Shown: positions 33,600 through 45,400 of the stretch, piece by piece
Position numbering within the stretch: the stretch's first letter is position 1
Layout: each line of letters starts with the position of its first letter
DNA from: Antechinus flavipes
Lineage: Eukaryota
Direction: 5' to 3'
Assembly (NCBI RefSeq): GCF_016432865.1
Contig: NC_067403.1
Coordinates: 254,076,001-254,140,000 of the forward strand
Length of the DNA: 64,000 bases
Made by a program: the position numbers and the translations under genes
Notes under the pieces: model-generated
The model's input: only the letters and a program-made list of their open reading frames with translations
What the model was told of the DNA's origin: nothing
Databases searched by the model: none

Positions 33600-34210
33600 G
33601 AAGGTGGTGACCTCATGTGGTATACCTGTGAAACCTAGACAGTCTTACCAGTGCTGTTTCAGGAGACTCGCTGAATTGCTTGCATTTGAATTGTCTTAGG
33701 AAAATTCTGACAATCATCTGGCAACATAAGGTACTGGACCCCGAGGTCCTTTCTCTGTTATTCCTCATAGCATTCAAACCGCTACAGAGAAGGCAACTCC
33801 GATGGCCTGGCCATGTTTTCCAATGCCAAACTCATGCTTGCCCAAAAGATCATTTTATGGAGAAGTCATACACGGCAAGTTCTCACGAGGAGGTCGGAAG
33901 AAGTAATAAAAGGACCCTCTCAATGTGTCTCTGAAGGTCTTTGGACGTGGGAGACAGATACAAGACTGCCCAGCATGGCAAGCTTGCATGGCGCTGTGCT
34001 CAGTGAGCAAAGCAGAATTCGAGTAGCCTAAAAGAAATGTGAGCTGCATAAATTTCGAGAAGTCTCCCAAATGGTTTTGTGGACAGATGTTTGTATTTGG
34101 GCCCAATTTGTGGCAGAGCTTCCTGAGCTCACATTGGTCGGAGCAGCCCTAGTTAGACACACTGTAGCTTGACCCCAACCATAGTGACATGATTTTGGTC
34201 CTCAAAAAAC
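33600..34210 (+). mobile_element. RTE-clade LINE 3' fragment
   Basis: Peptide HLNCLRKILTIIWQHKVLDPEVL...QLRWPGHV and a degenerate RLPK..FYGE motif typical of the RTE ORF C-terminus. Confidence 0.85.
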
Positions 34211-35737
34211 AATAGCCAGCCAACCAGCTATCTCAGGCACTGTGTTAGGCTCTGAGAATAGAAAGAGAGTCTCTTCCAGGTGCTTGCAATCTAACGGGGG
34301 AGACAACATGCAAACAGAAGTATCCAAAGAAAGCCATAGACAGGAGAAAAAGGAAATAATTAACAGAGGGAAGCTGCTAGAAGTCGTCCATCATCTTTCT
34401 TCTGGGAGCCATTCTGTTCTTTAAAATGACTCTATTTCCTTCTCTAAAAGCCCGCTGGCCATCCCTTTATATATCACCTTTGGAAATATATTTGACAATT
34501 TTGTCAGAAATTGAAGTCACTGTTAATGCTTTATGATTTGGCAGAAGACATTTTCAGTTTTGGAAAATCAAGACATCTGCCCATCTTTGTTTCTTTGGTA
34601 TATATCTCATCTTTCATAATCATTTATTTTTAAAACTGAAATTAAACACCAAAAAAAGAGCATTGCACACAGCAAAATACAAAAAGAAGCTTCCACATAA
34701 AACTGCCCATCTCCCTTTGGCACACATTTTTTTTTTTTTTTTTAGGCACATAATACATTTTACACATTACTTCACAAAAGGTTTTAACTTTCTTTGGTTC
34801 TCTGTGTATTTTAAAGCATGTCACAGTGGTCTTCTTGTTAAGGGTTTCACCACTGCTAACACCTCCCTTCCTGAACCCCTACCTCAGTTACCAAACCAAA
34901 ACAAAGGGGGAGAAAGCCTTTATAGAACCCAGAAGCCTCCACCGCCTGGAGACCAGAGTCCAACAGTGTCCGCAGATGCGGGTGTCCATCTTTCTGTCAG
35001 TGGCAGTCTTTATAGCTGGTGCTCTGGAGCCATGGTGGGGGAGGGCATTGCCCTGATCTCAGCGCTGATGACCTTCAGAGCTGCTTATCTCGCTTTGTTG
35101 CTTGGAGAACTTGTTCTCCTGGTTCTGCTCACTTAACTGTGCATCAGTTTAGAGCAGTCTCTGAGGTGATAAAGAATTTCTCCCCCCACAATGCTGTTTG
35201 ATTGTAGAGGGGACACAGAGACCCGGTCAAAGGGCACCTGATAGAGGCCTTGGAACCTCCTGCAGGGAGAGACCATATGCTATTTAATGGAAGTGCATGA
35301 ATTCCTGTGAATCCTGCAAGTGGTGTGTCTGCAAGAAGCCTTTTGGATTGGAGGATGGAGCTGGGGACACCTTTCAAAGGCCCGAATCAACTTCCACCTT
35401 GTCTCCTGTTTGGATTGTACGGAGAAAATCCAGACTTCCTTTCCTCTGAGACCAAGGCCTCTGGCCCAAGTAAATAATAAAGGGGCGGCTCCTGGCCCTT
35501 CAGGGTCACATGTAGTGCGTGCTGCTGCCCTCCTTCTAGTAGCTCTTCTTGAGGGGGAATGTTTAAGAAGGGAATCCCCCTTTTAAATTCAAAGCCAAAT
35601 AGAGAAGAAAGCAACAAATGGCAGCTGTCCCACAGGGACCCCCTACTAGGGGACTCCCTACAGCAGAAATTTAGGGGTATAAGTGTGGTGGATGTGGACG
35701 TGTGCTGCATATGGGGGATGTGTGTGATGATTGCTCC

Positions 35738-36257
35738 TGTAATGCCGGAGAAACTGAGGCAGGAGAGAGATTAGAGAGTTTTAATATTAATGAGAGAGTA
35801 AGATTGACTGGACAGGACTCTCGTCTCAGATTATCCAGTCAGACAGAGATAAAGATATACTGGGACCAAGGAATTCATGTTGGTCCCAGGTCTGGAGGAG
35901 ACTGTCGTCTCAAAGAATCCAGCGGCCAGCTGCCAGCCGCCATCCTCCAGCAATGAATGGAAGAACCTCTAACCTTTAAGTACTTTTTTGGAGACAAAGA
36001 AGAGAAAGGGAGGGAAAGTTTTTATCAGGGAGGGGAAGCCATAAAACCCTAAAAAATCCAGAGACAAAGAAGTAAAGATATCTGGGTTATCTTGGAATAT
36101 TTTAAGGGATATTGTAAATCCATAAAAGAGTCAGGAGATCTACTCTTTTATCTTGCTAATTTATAAGAGATTGAGACAGAACAGTTAAGGAAACTGGGAC
36201 AAGGGAAACGTACAGGGAAACTGAGTCAGGACAGTTAAAGAGAACTGTGGCATAACA
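35738..36257. mobile_element. Solo LTR-like element
   Basis: TG...CA ends (tgtaatgccgg ... gtggcataaca); flanks ctcc/ttcc give a 3/4 match to a 4-bp TSD. Confidence 0.6.
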
Positions 36258-36795
36258 TTCCTTCACTTGGCAAGCAAGGTATGAAAACTCGGGCACAAAA
36301 AAACCGATGGGGGAACTTGGGACTTGAGGCTCTGTCCTAGCAGCAGTGAGGGGGTGGGGAGGAGGGAGAGAGAGAGAGAGCTGGTCTAGACCACTGCCTT
36401 AAGGATTTGCTTTTGCATAATATCTTTGAAAGAGTAAAACTGGCAAGGACTGAGAAACCTCAAAAGATTAAGATTCTTGGGTAATGGGGCCCAGAGGCCT
36501 TTGAATGGTCAAGGATTACCTGAGGGATTAGTGTCTCTCAGGCGGGGAAGAGCCCAAGGGCTGGGACTGAGAAGGCCGGCTGCCAGGGCCCTCCCAATTC
36601 CTCAGTCTGATAATTTTCTTCCCACTTCCCAAGTCTTCTCTCCCAATTATCCCATGTTTGCTTTAGGCACATGCTACACAGGAAATTAAAAAAAAAATGG
36701 TATGATGATGTCAAAGATGGTGGCCAAATAACTTTGGAACACCACCTCTTGGCCAGCAAAGGTACTGCAACCCACATAACTATCAGCCATATAAA

Positions 36796-36798
<3 letters not shown>

Positions 36799-36869
<71 letters not shown>

Positions 36870-36870
36870 G
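36799..36870. repeat. (GA)n(GT)n compound microsatellite
   Basis: Direct reading. Confidence 0.95.
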
Positions 36871-36999
36871 AGAAAGGATAATTTACATGTGCAGGAGAGT
36901 GTGTATGTGACAGAGACAGGAAAAGACAAGACAGATAAGTTGGTGGGGGCGACCTCTTTAAACCCATATGCCAAATAAATACAAAGTAAGTTCAAGAGA

Positions 37000-37520
37000 G
37001 GATGAATATCCATCCAGGAGGATCAAGAAGTCAGGTAGAAAGTAGCCCCTGAGCTGGGGGCAGACAGCAAGGCTAACAACTGGGATGTGATGGAGCAGAG
37101 CAGTCCATGAAATAGAAAGTAGATCCAGAAAGTCGATTTGCCAGGCTGAGATGATTCTGCATTTTATATTAGAAGAGCCTTGGAATATACTTAAGCAGAG
37201 CAAGAGAAGCTCAGATGTTTCTTGGAGGCACTTTATTTAGGCAGTTTGTGGAGGATGGCTCGAGGCACGGACAAGAGAGCCTGGAGGGCCAATTAGAGTA
37301 TGGCTGGACTCCCAGGGAGAGAGAACTAGGGCCTGAGTCAGGAGGATGATTAGTTGGATATACAGGGACGGTTGTGAGATCTTTTGGAGGTTAATGTCTG
37401 ATGGGCAATGTTGGATGGGAAGAATCAAGGATAACTCAAAAGTTGTGTGGTAGGGTGGTTGCTATGGTGGGATGCCTCGGAAATAAGAAAGGAAAGCCAA
37501 GTTTTTTGGGGAAATAGTGA
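37000..37520 (-). mobile_element. L2 fragment
   Basis: Reverse-complement L2-like text (gatgattctgcattttatattagaag; tattttggacacattgaac). Confidence 0.55.
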
Positions 37521-40079
37521 ATTCTATTTTGGACACATTGAACTTCTTGGAGATCCTGAAATTTAACTCTCATCTTACAGCAGAGAAGGAAACCAAAGAC
37601 TATAGAAGCCCAGATTCTAAGGCAGGATCAGAACAATGCCCCACTGACAATATGTAATGATCCAAAAGAGGAAACTGAACAAGATTCTAGGCATTAGGAG
37701 AACTAGGAATTAGGAGGACACTGTCCCCCAAAGCCAAAGGGAAAATGAATGGCAGTGTTATAGGCCCAGAAGGAGGAAGAGCAATGATTGATATGATCTA
37801 ATGGGGGCTTGACATCTTCCAATTGTATTATACTTGTTACCATGGTTCCAGAGGCACAGAAACTGTCAGGGACACTGGGTAGAAGTTGTAAAGACCACCA
37901 TGTAGGACTGAAACTAGGAAAAAGCTTCCTACTGGAGCTGTGGCTCCTGGCCCAGCGTTTTAATGGGTGAGCAATCCTGGCATTTCTACAAGAAAATAAG
38001 TCTTCTCGAATGTCTGCTTCCCCTTCCACAGGAGCACTCTGGCTTTGTTGAGCTCCTGTGGAGTCAAGCTCTGATGGATTTTAAGGTTAGTGTGTCCTTG
38101 AAATGGGTTTTGTATTTATCTTATAACTCCGAGTTTGCGCTGTCCATCACTGCCTGCCTGGGGCTGGATGATAACCACCCAATCTCAACTCCTTGACTAA
38201 CTCATTTCTTAGCAATCAATCGCTTATGTATTTCAGACACTTTGTAAAGTGTTGCTCTGTAAGCCTGACTTCTTATTGGTCAGCAAATACCTGCTCATTC
38301 CCATGTTACCTTCTAAAAGGTAACCTGAAGCTAAAGAACGATTCTTTCCATGAAAAAGTGACCTTAGTACTTTTCCTGTAAGAATGCCTCCATGAAGAAG
38401 TGATCTTAGTACCTTTCCTGGGGACTTAGCTGTTTTTGTTCTGTAACAGTGAAGAAAAAATCTTAATGTTTTAGCCACATGTCTGCCTGGAAAAATAGTT
38501 TTTTTTTTTTATTATGTGCTAGAGAGAAATGAACAGCCAGCAGAGCCCCCTCAAGGCCTCAGACACAAAACATGAGGGAAAGCGAAGGGCCTTAAGCCTG
38601 GCAGCGAGTTAGGCCTTTCTCTACCCTAAGCACGTAAACACTGTCCTCCGTGGAACGGGTGGCCGAAAACACCAGGAAGGTCGCGGCAGTAGGTGCTGTG
38701 GCGGGCTTCCAGCTTGGGCAGCTGCCGGAGACATCCATCTGCGGAGGTCATCCTGAGCCACCACTGTTTGCCCTGCCTTTTGTCCTGCCATGAGACTTGG
38801 ATGACTCTGGGGGAGCAAGGCTAATGGCTTTGTTCAACTCACATCACAGTCATTCACAAATGACTTAAAACAATTACCCGGTGACGTCATTGGTAGTCTT
38901 TGACAAAAGACAAAAAGCCATAAAACAAAAACAAAAACAAAAAGGACTACAAACAACAACCTTAGGTACACTATCTTTGTGTGGGGCTGGAATCTCTTCA
39001 AAGTATGGGCCCCAAGTAATGATCTTGGAAGGGTTTCTTCTAGATTTCGTGACCATCTTGATCCTCTTGGGGTGGAAGGCTGACCTTCCTCACACTCTCC
39101 TGAGAGCTTCCCCCTGAGAAGGGGGAAGGTCTAGACAGGACTTTAGAGTGTCACTGATTTCTTAATTTCAGGATTCCTAAAAAGGAGGTCTTTAGGACGC
39201 TTCTGCTTTATTACAGTTACTTGTAGTGGTGTCACATCCCCTTAGTGGAGGGTAAATTCCATGAGGAGAAGAACTGTATGTTCTTGATCTTTGATCCAAT
39301 TTTGTAACTAAAAAGGCAGAGGACAAAATCTGCCCTGAAGTCCCAGGCTGGCGCCTCTATCTTGGGTTCACAGATTGGCCACGGTGCCTTATCAGCACCA
39401 GGCAGTGCCTTGGAAATGGACGCCCTGGCATTACTTTGCTTCCACGTTGGGCACCCTTGGAGTCTCTAGCACTGGGTGAGGTGGGCACTAAGTTTGAGGG
39501 GCTGGGGAGCTCTTCCTCCTGTGGAGAGAAATGTGGGCCTTCATCTCATCCCATCCCATCCCTTCCCATCCTCTCTGGTTTGCTATTCAGGCTTCCTCTC
39601 CTGGAGTGCTTCCTTCTCTCAGCCCTTACTCCTTTCATGCTTGACCTTTGGCTTCTTTCTAGTAAACAGCCGTGCTGGCACTGTGCCTCAGAAGGGAGGC
39701 AGAGAGAGTATAGGGGAGGTGAAGCTTGGTCAGCTGTTTCCTAAGAGCCGGGCCATCTGGCAGTACAAAGGGTTCTCAAGGTACTTGGCGCCTTCCACTG
39801 GGTGTCCTGTGCTCAGCCTGTGGTCCCAGGTGCCTCCTCCTTTCCCCTCACCCTGGGAGGGAGTACCTGGAGCACCATCCCCCCTCCAGCTTCCTGCCTT
39901 TGGGAAGGGAGTCATAGGAGAGAGGGCCGGCAATCCGGCTGCTTTTCCAGACTCAGCCTTGACAACAAGAGGGTGGGAACCGAGTACTTTTCAGACAGAT
40001 ACTTGGCAGACCCACTCAAATACAAAAAACCTCTCTGAAGTTCCCAGGCTCTCGGCCCAGTTGTTTCTATCTGGCTAGT

Positions 40080-40880
40080 TCCAAGAAAAAGAGCTGGGCT
40101 TTCCCCCCTTTTCTTTTTATTGGTAAGTAGTTTTTTTCTCCTATTACATATAAAGATGGTTTTCAACATTCATTTTTTATAAGATTTTTATTTTCAAAAT
40201 CTCTCTCTTCCTCCTTCCCCTTTTCCCCCGATGAGAAGGCAAACAATTTATCTTAGGTTGTACATGTACGGTCACGTCAACAGCTTTCTACATCAGTCAT
40301 GTTATGAAAGAAGAAACAGAACAAAAAGGAAAAGCTGCCAAAAAACAGTGAAATTAGTCTGCTCTGATCTGCATTCAGATTCTATTCTTTGTCTGGATGT
40401 GGATAACATTTTCCATCACGAGTCTTTTGTCCTAGATCCTTGTTTTGCTGAGAAGGACAAGACTTATCAAAGTTGATCATCGCACAGTGTCGCTGTTATT
40501 GTGTACAACGTTCTCCAGTTTCTGGTCACGTCACTTAGCAGCAGTTCATGGAAGTCTTTCCAGGTTTTTCTGAAATGGCTCTGCTCATCATTTCTCATAG
40601 CACAGAATTCTCTTACATGCAAATAGCACAACTTGTTTAGCCATTCCCCAGGTGATGGGGCTCCTCTCCGTTTCTAATTCTTTGCCACCACAAAAGGAGC
40701 TGCTATAAATATTTTTGTTTGTGTGGATCTTTTTCCTTTTTTTTCCTTTAGAATACAGACCTTACTAGCAGGGTATGCACAGTTTGATTGCCTTTTGAGC
40801 ATCCTTTCAAACTGCTTTCCCAGAATGGGTGGATCAGTTCCCGACTCCAACACCACCACATTAACATTTCAATTTTCCCA
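40080..40880 (-). mobile_element. L1 3' fragment
   Basis: gttgatcatcgcacagtgtcgctg...ttctaattctttgccaccacaaaaggagctgct. Confidence 0.8.
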
Positions 40881-42299
40881 CACCACCTCAACATGGGTCA
40901 TTAGGAAAGATATTGGTTGCCCCTGTTTGTTTTGCATTCTGGTGAGAGAAGCAGATTCACCTTAAAATACCAACTTCGTCAAGTGCTTTCTGTTTGAGAA
41001 GCTCATGATGCTGCCCTTGTTCTTAGGCTGGCAGTCAAGGCCGGACCCACTTTGCCAGCTTGAGGGCACCTCTCCCCCTCACCAGGCTGGCCTCCTTTGA
41101 GTCAGCCTGGGCTCCCACTCTTCCCCCACCTCGGAGATGTCCTTGTCACTCTTCTTCACCTGCTGCAACTGAAAAAGAGCCTGCGGTCTGCCCCTCGTTC
41201 CCCGAGTGACCTGGTGCAGGTGGCCGGCTCCTCAAAGAGAGGCAGCCCAGGGGCCTCTGGAGCGCTTACTCTTCCGTTGGCAGCCCTAGTCTTCTTGCTG
41301 CTGCTCAGCTCTCAGCGGCCCACAGAACCTTTGGAAGGCCCATCTTTGAGCCTGTTTCTCTCTCCCCTGCTACAAAACTTTCGAGGGGTCTCCTGTGGCG
41401 TAGAGGATGACACGGGACGTTTGGAGCCCGTCAGCCCTCCCGGAGCCCGGCTTTCCAGGCCTCCCAGGGACAAAACTCTCCCTCAGAAACCTGCCTTTGA
41501 GAATCTCCCTCTGCGCTGCAGACCCGTTTACGTGGCGCCTTCCTCGGGAAGCCTGACTTGGTCAGTTTTAGCCTGGGCCAGACTGTGAGCTCCATGAAGA
41601 GGGCGGGAATGTGGTTTTATCAGAGCTGGGCTTCCTCCCCAAGCCATGGCCTGGGCCTCCTGCAGCCCACACCGGCCCAGGAATGAGATGGTGGTGACTG
41701 AGGGGATGGAGTAATGGCTTCCTCATAGCCCGGACCTGGTTCACGTCCTCTAAGAAGCTGGCCTGGGACTGGGAAAGTGACTTTACCACTGGCTGTTTAA
41801 AATGGTACATTTCAGAGATGGTGCCCCCTTCTTTAACGAAGGGAGGCATCTCTTCCGGGGGTTCCCCAGGGAAACCGAGGGCCCAAGAACGAACGAATGG
41901 TAAGTCTCTCTGGCTGCGGGAACTCTGAAAGGTTCCCAGGGCCCCCTTTGGAGCAGAGTCGCTTGTCACCCCGAGTCCTGGCCAAAGCTAAATGTCGCAG
42001 CGATCGAGCGCCCGGCACGGAGCAGGTGCTTAATTATTGCTGACGGAGAATGGAACGGCCCCGGGAGGTTCGGGCTAGTTCGCGTCGGAGACTGCATTGT
42101 TCTAGCCAGACCCGAGCGGCCTGGGGGGAGTGACTGGGGAAAGGGGACATGGGAAGGGAGCCGAGCCCGACCCAGTAGGGAGGGCCCGGCCTCTGGGCGG
42201 CTGCTCGGCGTCTCGGGGAGTGGTGGCTCCTCCCCAAGGGGGCGGGCGGGGGCGGAGCTCCCAGCTTGGGGTCCGGATGCAGCCCCGGAGCTGGGGCAG

Positions 42300-42333
42300 A
42301 CGCACGAGCGGAGCGGACCCACAGAAGCACTAG
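42300..42333 (+). other. SLC3A2: Proximal non-coding first exon of SLC3A2 (5' end approximate)
   Basis: Strong donor CTAG|GTAAGC at 42333/42334 in a CpG island, 95 nt upstream of the acceptor at 42429. Confidence 0.6.
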
Positions 42334-42472
42334 GTAAGCGCTCCCCGTATTCCGGGCCGGGCCTGGGTAGAGCTTCTCCGGGCTCCGGCCCTCGCCCCCT
42401 CGGTCTCTTAATGCTCTTTTGCCCGCAGGCGAAGCCGAAGCCGAAGCCGAAGCCTTCGCCATCCACGTCGCC

Positions 42473-45400
42473 ATGAGCCAAGAAGCCGAGGTGGACATGA
42501 AGGAAGTGGAGCTCAACGAGCTGGAGCCCGAGAAGCAACCCATGAACGCGGCCGCCCCGCTGCCCGCCGCCTCGGGGGGAGAGAAGAACGGCGTGGTCAA
42601 GGTCAAGGTGGCCGACGACGAGACCGAGGCCGTGGCCGGCTCGGCCAGCGCCAAATTCACGGGGCTGTCCAAGGAGGAGCTGCTCAAGGTGGCCGGGAGC
42701 CCCGGCTGGGTGCGCACCCGCTGGGCCCTGCTGCTGCTCTTCTGGCTGGGCTGGCTGGGCATGCTGGCCGGCGCCGTGGTCATCATCGTGCAGGCGCCCC
42801 GCTGCCGCGAGCTGCCGGCCCAGCGCTGGTGGCAACAGGGCGCCCTGTACCGCATCAGCTCCCCGAAGGCCTTCCGGGGCCAGGCCGGGAACACCAGCGC
42901 TCTGGCCGGTGAGTGAGGGGAGGGGGTCGCCCACACTGCCCCGCCGTCACGCGCGCCCGCGCCCTGCCCGCTCCCCTCCCCCACGCGGGGCATTTCGGTG
43001 CTGGGGCGGACTTCCACTGCCCGGAATCCCGAGGCGGGCCTCGGTCCGAGCGCAAAGGCTTGGCTGAGTCAGCATTTCCCCCTCCCCCTCCCCACCCACG
43101 GCGAGCCGGAGGCTGCAGTAAGACTTCGGACTCCTTGCATCAGCGCATTCCGACCGGCCCGAGCCTTAAGACGGCCCCGCCCCCACTTTTCCCCGGAAGT
43201 TGCGAGAGGGGGTGGGGCGAGGGCGAAAATGAATGGGAATGATGGGGGTGGGGTGGGGTGGGAGAATTCCCCGGGGCCCTCGGGACCCCTACGGTCTAAA
43301 GCCGCCGCCTTCTCCACGCAGGGGTGAGTGAGCATCTGGATTACCTGAGCAGCCTCAAGGTGAAGGCGCTGATCCTGGGACCCATCCACAAGAACCCCCA
43401 AAATGACCTTGCCGGCACCAACCTGCTGCAGATCGACCCCACCGTCGGCTCCCAGGAAGAGTTCACCCATCTCTTGGAAGCAGCCAAGAAAAAGAGTGGG
43501 TGGTCCCGAAGCTCCCGGGGTGGGGGGTGGGAGGGAGAGAAGCAACTTCCTTCTTGGCTGAGAGGAGGGAGAGCCCTAGGGTTGAGTCCCAGCTCTTCCC
43601 TAGATAATTATATATATATTTTTCTTGCTGAGGCAATTGGGGTTAAGTGCCCAGGGCCACCACATCTAGAAGGGTTAAGTGTTTGAAGCCAGATTTGATT
43701 TCAAGTCCTCCTGACTTCAGGGCTGCTACTCTATGCACTGGGCCGCCTAGCTGCCCCTTGACTCTGTTTCCTTCTCTGTAAAACACTAGGGACCCGTGGG
43801 CCCCTGAGGATGGGGAGCCCCTTGGGGGGGGACACTGGCAAATGTGAATGGTTGGGGGTTAGAGTAAATAGGAGCCAGAGAGGAGTTCCCTCCCGGCCCA
43901 TCCCCCATCCCTGACTGACCACCACTGTCCACCTCCATTTGCAGACATCCGCATCATCCTCGATCTCACCCCCAACTACCAAAGTGAGAACAGCTGGTTT
44001 CTGCCCAATCAGAGTGAAGAAGTGAACGGGAAGATGAAGGTGAGGCCTGAGGACGGCCAGGGATTGTGGGGAAAGACCCATTTCTGAGATAAGGAAGCAG
44101 AGACCCTGGTCTTCCCCTCCCTTCTCTTTCTTGAGAAGATCTTTGTCATCTGATTTGTTTGAGTGAAAGGGGTTTCTTGGGTGTTCTTTGCCTCGTTTTG
44201 AGGGGCTTTTCTCCCCAAATTTGGAGCAAATAGAAAAATAGATTCAACAAAGAGGCCCAAGAAGGGCTTTGGATTTGACCATTGCAGTTGAGAAGGGAAG
44301 GGGCGGGAAAGGAGCAGAGCTGGGCAGGATGAAACCTGTCGGGGCTAACGAGGCTGCCTGATGGACGCCACTGATTCTTGCCCAGATGCACACAGGCCTG
44401 GGCCTGTCAGCCCCAGGGTCTGGTTGGAGCTGTTGGCCTTGGGCCGCGCCCTCCCCAAATATGCAGAATGGCCTTCTGGGCTGGGAAGGGCTTCCCCATG
44501 CTGGGACTCCCTATACAGGCCCCGGGAATTTTGTGTGGTTTTAAAAATTGGTCATGAAAGTTAGAGAATCGGAAGACCCAAGTTTGGGCCCCAGATGAGA
44601 AAAATGGACCTCTTTGTCATTACATCAGGAAGGAAGGAGGCCATGTGAGTGGGAGAGAGCTGCCTCCCCCCTGAAGTAACCCACGTGGGGGCTTTGTACT
44701 GTGCACGGCTTTGCCTCCCCGGCGCCGAGAGAGCACGGGCTGGTCAGACCTCTCGAGCTCGGTTTTGCCCCTTTTCCTTTTCTACTACGAGGAGGTGCAG
44801 TGGCTCAGGGGGGAGAGTTAAAGTCTAGTTCAAAGTCTGCCTCTGGCTGTGAGACTGAGCAGCTCCTTCCATTGCTGGTGCATCAAACTCGAATGGAAAC
44901 TGGGCCTGCATCGACTTTGAAAACCCTACCAGCATTATTTGTGTTGGTTATAATTTCATTTATTCCTTAAACGTTTCCCAGTTAGATTTTAATCGGGTTG
45001 GGGCCGAGGGCCTGAGTCTTGATGTCTCTAAGAATAGGAGAGGGACGTTCTGCCTTAGCAGACTGTTTTCTCTCTCTTTTCTCTCTCTTAGCTCGAGACC
45101 AAGAGATATTAGGCAATGGAGGTGATTAAAAAAAAAAAAGTCATTCCTACAAATTAGGAGAAGTAGAAATGGGCTCCGTGGGCTGGTTTCCAGTTGGGAA
45201 GAACAATGAGGCGGGGGAGGGAAGGCCATCTTGCCTTTCTCTGGTCCCAGAAGATAAGCTGTGCTCCAGGTCGCCGGGATTGGCCGGTCTGACCCCGCTG
45301 CATTTCTGACATTGTTGCCTCCTTCCTCTGCCCCACAGGAAGCCCTGAGCTTTTGGCTGAAGGCCGGGGTGAATGGTATCCAGGTCCACGATGTCCAGAA

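Noticed and set aside
39442-39455. tRNA-Lys PBS-like GGTGCCCAACGTGG on the minus strand
   Set aside because: No adjacent recognisable LTR end or gag frame; too short to call an ERV.
41966-43017. 322-aa and 327-aa minus-strand ORFs over the SLC3A2 TM exon
   Set aside because: Antisense shadows of a GC-rich coding exon in a CpG island.
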